Positions 61,440 to 64,000 of a stretch of 64,000 bases of DNA are shown here, piece by piece; positions within the stretch are counted from its first letter, which is position 1; every line of letters starts with the position of its first letter. The position numbers and the translations under genes were made by a program. Origin of the DNA: Clostridia bacterium (GTDB lineage Bacteria; Bacillota; Clostridia; Christensenellales; Aristaeellaceae). The notes under the pieces are model-generated. The model was not told the DNA's origin and searched no databases. It saw nothing but the letters and a program-made list of their open reading frames with translations. The stretch is from the NCBI GenBank assembly GCA_017470145.1, contig JAFUFB010000029.1, forward strand, positions 8,766 through 72,765, read 5' to 3'.

Positions 61440-62018
61440 TCAGAACCGGGTCTGTTCTTCCGCCTGAACCCGTCTGAGATAATGAACCTGATCCTCCAGC
61501 ACCCCGTCCAGCCGGCGGACGATCCACAGGATCACCAAGGTGAAAAGATCGGTAATCACCTCGGTGGTGAAACAGCCCAAGGCCAACACAGGATTGGCGC
61601 CGAAGCACAGGGTGAACAGGGCGCGCCCCGCCTGCATCAGCAGGAGCACCGCCGCACCGAAGCCCAGGGCTTGGGCGGAAGAGCTCCATATGCCTTCCCG
61701 CTTCCGCCAGGCGGAGAGCCAGGGCAGGAGCAGCAGGGGGAAGAGATTCCCAACGCAGTAAATCGCAAATTGCGCTGGGGAGGCCTGGGACTGCACACAG
61801 ACCACCAGACCGCCCAGCACCGCGTGTAGCGCGGCCCAGGGCCCCCAGCGCACCAGCACGATGGCGACGATGGCTGGCGCCAGGGACACGGTATAGGGCT
61901 GACCGGGGAACCAGCGGGTGGAAGCCAGGAGAATGATGCTCTCGAAAATGAGGAGCATCAGGGCGAATAGGGCCAGATCCACGGCCCGATATTGTCCCAG
62001 GCTCCTTCGCTTTTCCAC
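61440..62018 (-). CDS. Hypothetical membrane protein (5-6 TM; size and pattern reminiscent of ECF S-components)
   Basis: 192-aa hydrophobic ORF, GTG start after GGAGGGG, first gene of the transporter operon. Confidence 0.7.
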   Translation of the reverse strand: MEKRRSLGQYRAVDLALFALMLLIFESIILLASTRWFPGQPYTVSLAPAIVAIVLVRWGPWAALHAVLGGLVVCVQSQASPAQFAIYCVGNLFPLLLLPWLSAWRKREGIWSSSAQALGFGAAVLLLMQAGRALFTLCFGANPVLALGCFTTEVITDLFTLVILWIVRRLDGVLEDQVHYLRRVQAEEQTRF

Positions 62019-62240
62019 ACGCCCCTCCGAAAAAGAATGTTATCTAGGCAAAAATGGACAAATCTATCCACTGCTGGGCAAGATTATACATCTTTTGGGC
62101 AGGTTTGTACAGATGAGTAGATGTTTCATTTCTATTACATTTGACGCAACCCGAATGTGAAACATTCTCCCCGAAGGGGAGAATGAAAAACTTCGCCTAT
62201 GGCTTGTTATCGATATAGGTCAGGATACTGCCATCTCCTC

Positions 62241-62270
62241 AAAAAAATACCCCCTCCCGGAGGGAGGGGG
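62241..62270 (-). terminator. Intrinsic terminator after kduD
   Basis: ccccctccc-gga-gggaggggg preceded on + by aaaaaaa. Confidence 0.75.
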
Positions 62271-62279
62271 AAGAAAAAC

Positions 62280-63077
62280 TCAGGGCTGCTTGCCAATGTA
62301 GGCCAGAATACCACCGTCCACATACAGGATGTGACCATTAACGAAGTTGCTGGCATCGGAGGCCAGGAACACCGCCGGGCCCTGCAGATCCTCCGGGTTG
62401 CCCCAGCGGGCCGCAGGGGTCTTGGAAACGATGAATTGATCAAAGGGATGACGGGAGCCGTCAGCCTGCCGCTCCCGTAGGGGCGCGGTCTGGGGCGTGG
62501 CGATGTATCCCGGGCCAATGCCGTTGCACTGGATGTTCTTTTCGCCGTACTCGGAGCAGATGTTCCGGGTCAGCATCTTCAGTCCGCCCTTGGCGGCGGC
62601 GTAGGCGGACACGGTTTCCCGGCCCAGCTCGCTCATCATGGAGCAGATGTTGATGATCTTGCCATGGCCCTTCTCAATCATGGAGGGGATCACGGCCTTG
62701 GCGCAGATGAAGGGAGCGTTCAGGTCTACATCGATGACCTTGCGGAAATCCGCAGCGCTCATCTCGATCATGGGGATGCGGCGGATGATGCCGGCGTTGT
62801 TGACCAGGATGTCGATGACGCCAACTTCCTGCTCGATCTGTTTCACCAGGGCCTGGACGGCTTCCTCATTGGTGACGTCGCAGACATAGCCGTGGGCGGG
62901 GATGCCCTTTTCCTGATAGGCGGCGATGCCCTTATCCACCAGTTCCTGGTTAATGTCGTTGAAAACGATGGTGGCGCCAGCGGCGGCGTAAGCTTCCGCG
63001 ATGGCGAAGCCGATGCCATAGGAAGCGCCGGTGATCCAGGCAATTTTGCCTTCCAGGCTGAAGTCCTTCATGTTCAT
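62280..63077 (-). CDS. kduD: 2-keto-3-deoxygluconate/gluconate 5-dehydrogenase (SDR)
   Basis: TGASYGIG, NNAGIIRR, YAAAK, GPGYIATPQT; directly downstream of kduI. Confidence 0.88.
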   Translation of the reverse strand: MNMKDFSLEGKIAWITGASYGIGFAIAEAYAAAGATIVFNDINQELVDKGIAAYQEKGIPAHGYVCDVTNEEAVQALVKQIEQEVGVIDILVNNAGIIRRIPMIEMSAADFRKVIDVDLNAPFICAKAVIPSMIEKGHGKIINICSMMSELGRETVSAYAAAKGGLKMLTRNICSEYGEKNIQCNGIGPGYIATPQTAPLRERQADGSRHPFDQFIVSKTPAARWGNPEDLQGPAVFLASDASNFVNGHILYVDGGILAYIGKQP

Positions 63078-63123
63078 GGTGCTTTTTCCTCCTTCAAATA
63101 TGTCGTTTGTTTGAAAAGAAACT

Positions 63124-63966
63124 TTATCTCAATTCCGTCGTCGGAATCTCATCCATGTCGTCAAAGGCCTGGTTTTCTCCGCCCATGGCCCAGATAAAGG
63201 TATAATTGCTGGTGCCGGCGCCGGAATGGATGGACCAGGAGGGGGAGATGACCGCCTGCTCGTTCTGCATGACGATGTGTCGGGTTTCCTGGCCTTCGCC
63301 CATCATGTGGAAGACCACGTTGTTCTCCGGCACCTCGAAGTAGAAATAAACCTCCATCCGCCGCTCATGGGTATGGGCGGGCATGGTGTTCCAGACGGAG
63401 CCGGGCTCCAGCACGGTCATGCCCATGGACAGTTGGCAGGTTTTCAGCACGGAGGGATGAATGAACTGGTTGATGGTCCGCTTATTGCTGGTTTCCAGGG
63501 CGCCGATATGTCGCTTGGCTGCGTCCTCAATCCGGATCAGGCGGTTTTCATAGCTGCAGTGGGCGGGGGCGGACACCAGATAGAATTTGGCGGGATGGGC
63601 GGGATCGTCGCTCTCAAAATGGACGGCCTTGGCGCCCTTGGTGATGTACAGGCAGTCCTTATAGTTCAGGGCGTACACCTGATCATCCACGTACACCTTG
63701 CCGGCGCCGCCGACGTTGAACATGCCGCATTCCCGGCGCTCCAGGAAATACTCTGTGCCGAAATTCTTCCAGATATCGATGCCATTGTCGATGGAGACCT
63801 TCTCATTCACGGGCATGATGCCGATGGTGACCATGCGGTCCACATGGCTGTAGGTGGCCTGGACCTGATCCGGCAGGAACAGGTTTTCGATCAGAAATTC
63901 CTTCCGGGTTTCCTCGGTGGTATAGCGCTTAAAATCGCGCTGGTTGGCGGAATAACGAATATCCAT
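63124..63966 (-). CDS. kduI: 5-dehydro-4-deoxy-D-glucuronate isomerase
   Basis: YSHVDR, FLERRE, CQLSMGMT, WNTMPAHTHERRMEVY, SPSWSIHSG, MGGENQAFDDMD; ATG 63966 (alternative GTG 63975). Confidence 0.96.
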   Translation of the reverse strand: MDIRYSANQRDFKRYTTEETRKEFLIENLFLPDQVQATYSHVDRMVTIGIMPVNEKVSIDNGIDIWKNFGTEYFLERRECGMFNVGGAGKVYVDDQVYALNYKDCLYITKGAKAVHFESDDPAHPAKFYLVSAPAHCSYENRLIRIEDAAKRHIGALETSNKRTINQFIHPSVLKTCQLSMGMTVLEPGSVWNTMPAHTHERRMEVYFYFEVPENNVVFHMMGEGQETRHIVMQNEQAVISPSWSIHSGAGTSNYTFIWAMGGENQAFDDMDEIPTTELR

Positions 63967-64000
63967 GGGTTCCACTTTCCTTTCTATTTTAATTCATGGC

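Overview
GC-rich (~60% by eye) chromosomal segment of a clostridial Firmicute (inferred from protein sequences and gene order; possibly Christensenellales-like). 1-25.7 kb is housekeeping: a partial nucleotidyltransferase, DUF1846, short SRP RNA, glyA, rnj-ylbF-mltG-rex-vanW-like, CIRCE-controlled hrcA-grpE-dnaK-dnaJ, an aldo/keto reductase, a divergent RpoD-like sigma factor, and parA-parB followed by sugar transferase, split transketolase, LicD, WalJ-like hydrolase and ABC-F. 26.3-39.3 kb is the S10-spc ribosomal protein cluster (rpsJ to rpmJ), which ends without the alpha operon. 39.5-51.5 kb is a sucrose/fructan-type utilization locus (fructokinase, LacI, ABC permeases + binding protein, GH32) plus AKR and GH31, with several copies of a 30-bp REP-like unit. 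51.5-64 kb is a pectin/rhamnogalacturonan-oligomer locus (kduI, kduD, ABC transporter with two ATPases, GH105) containing five uncharacterised small membrane proteins. No CRISPR array, tRNA, rRNA, transposase or integrase was recognised. Best candidates for new biology: (i) a structured 255-nt rpsN-rpsH spacer whose last hairpin reproduces the uS8-binding core of 16S rRNA helix 21 just before the rpsH RBS (candidate S8 autoregulatory leader); (ii) the pectin ABC importer with interleaved ~4-TM proteins and a non-lipidated binding protein; (iii) a 162-nt rod-like hairpin with minus-strand G-U polarity; (iv) the REP-like family; (v) a stand-alone SigA paralog. All RNA structures were paired by eye; no database searches were run.
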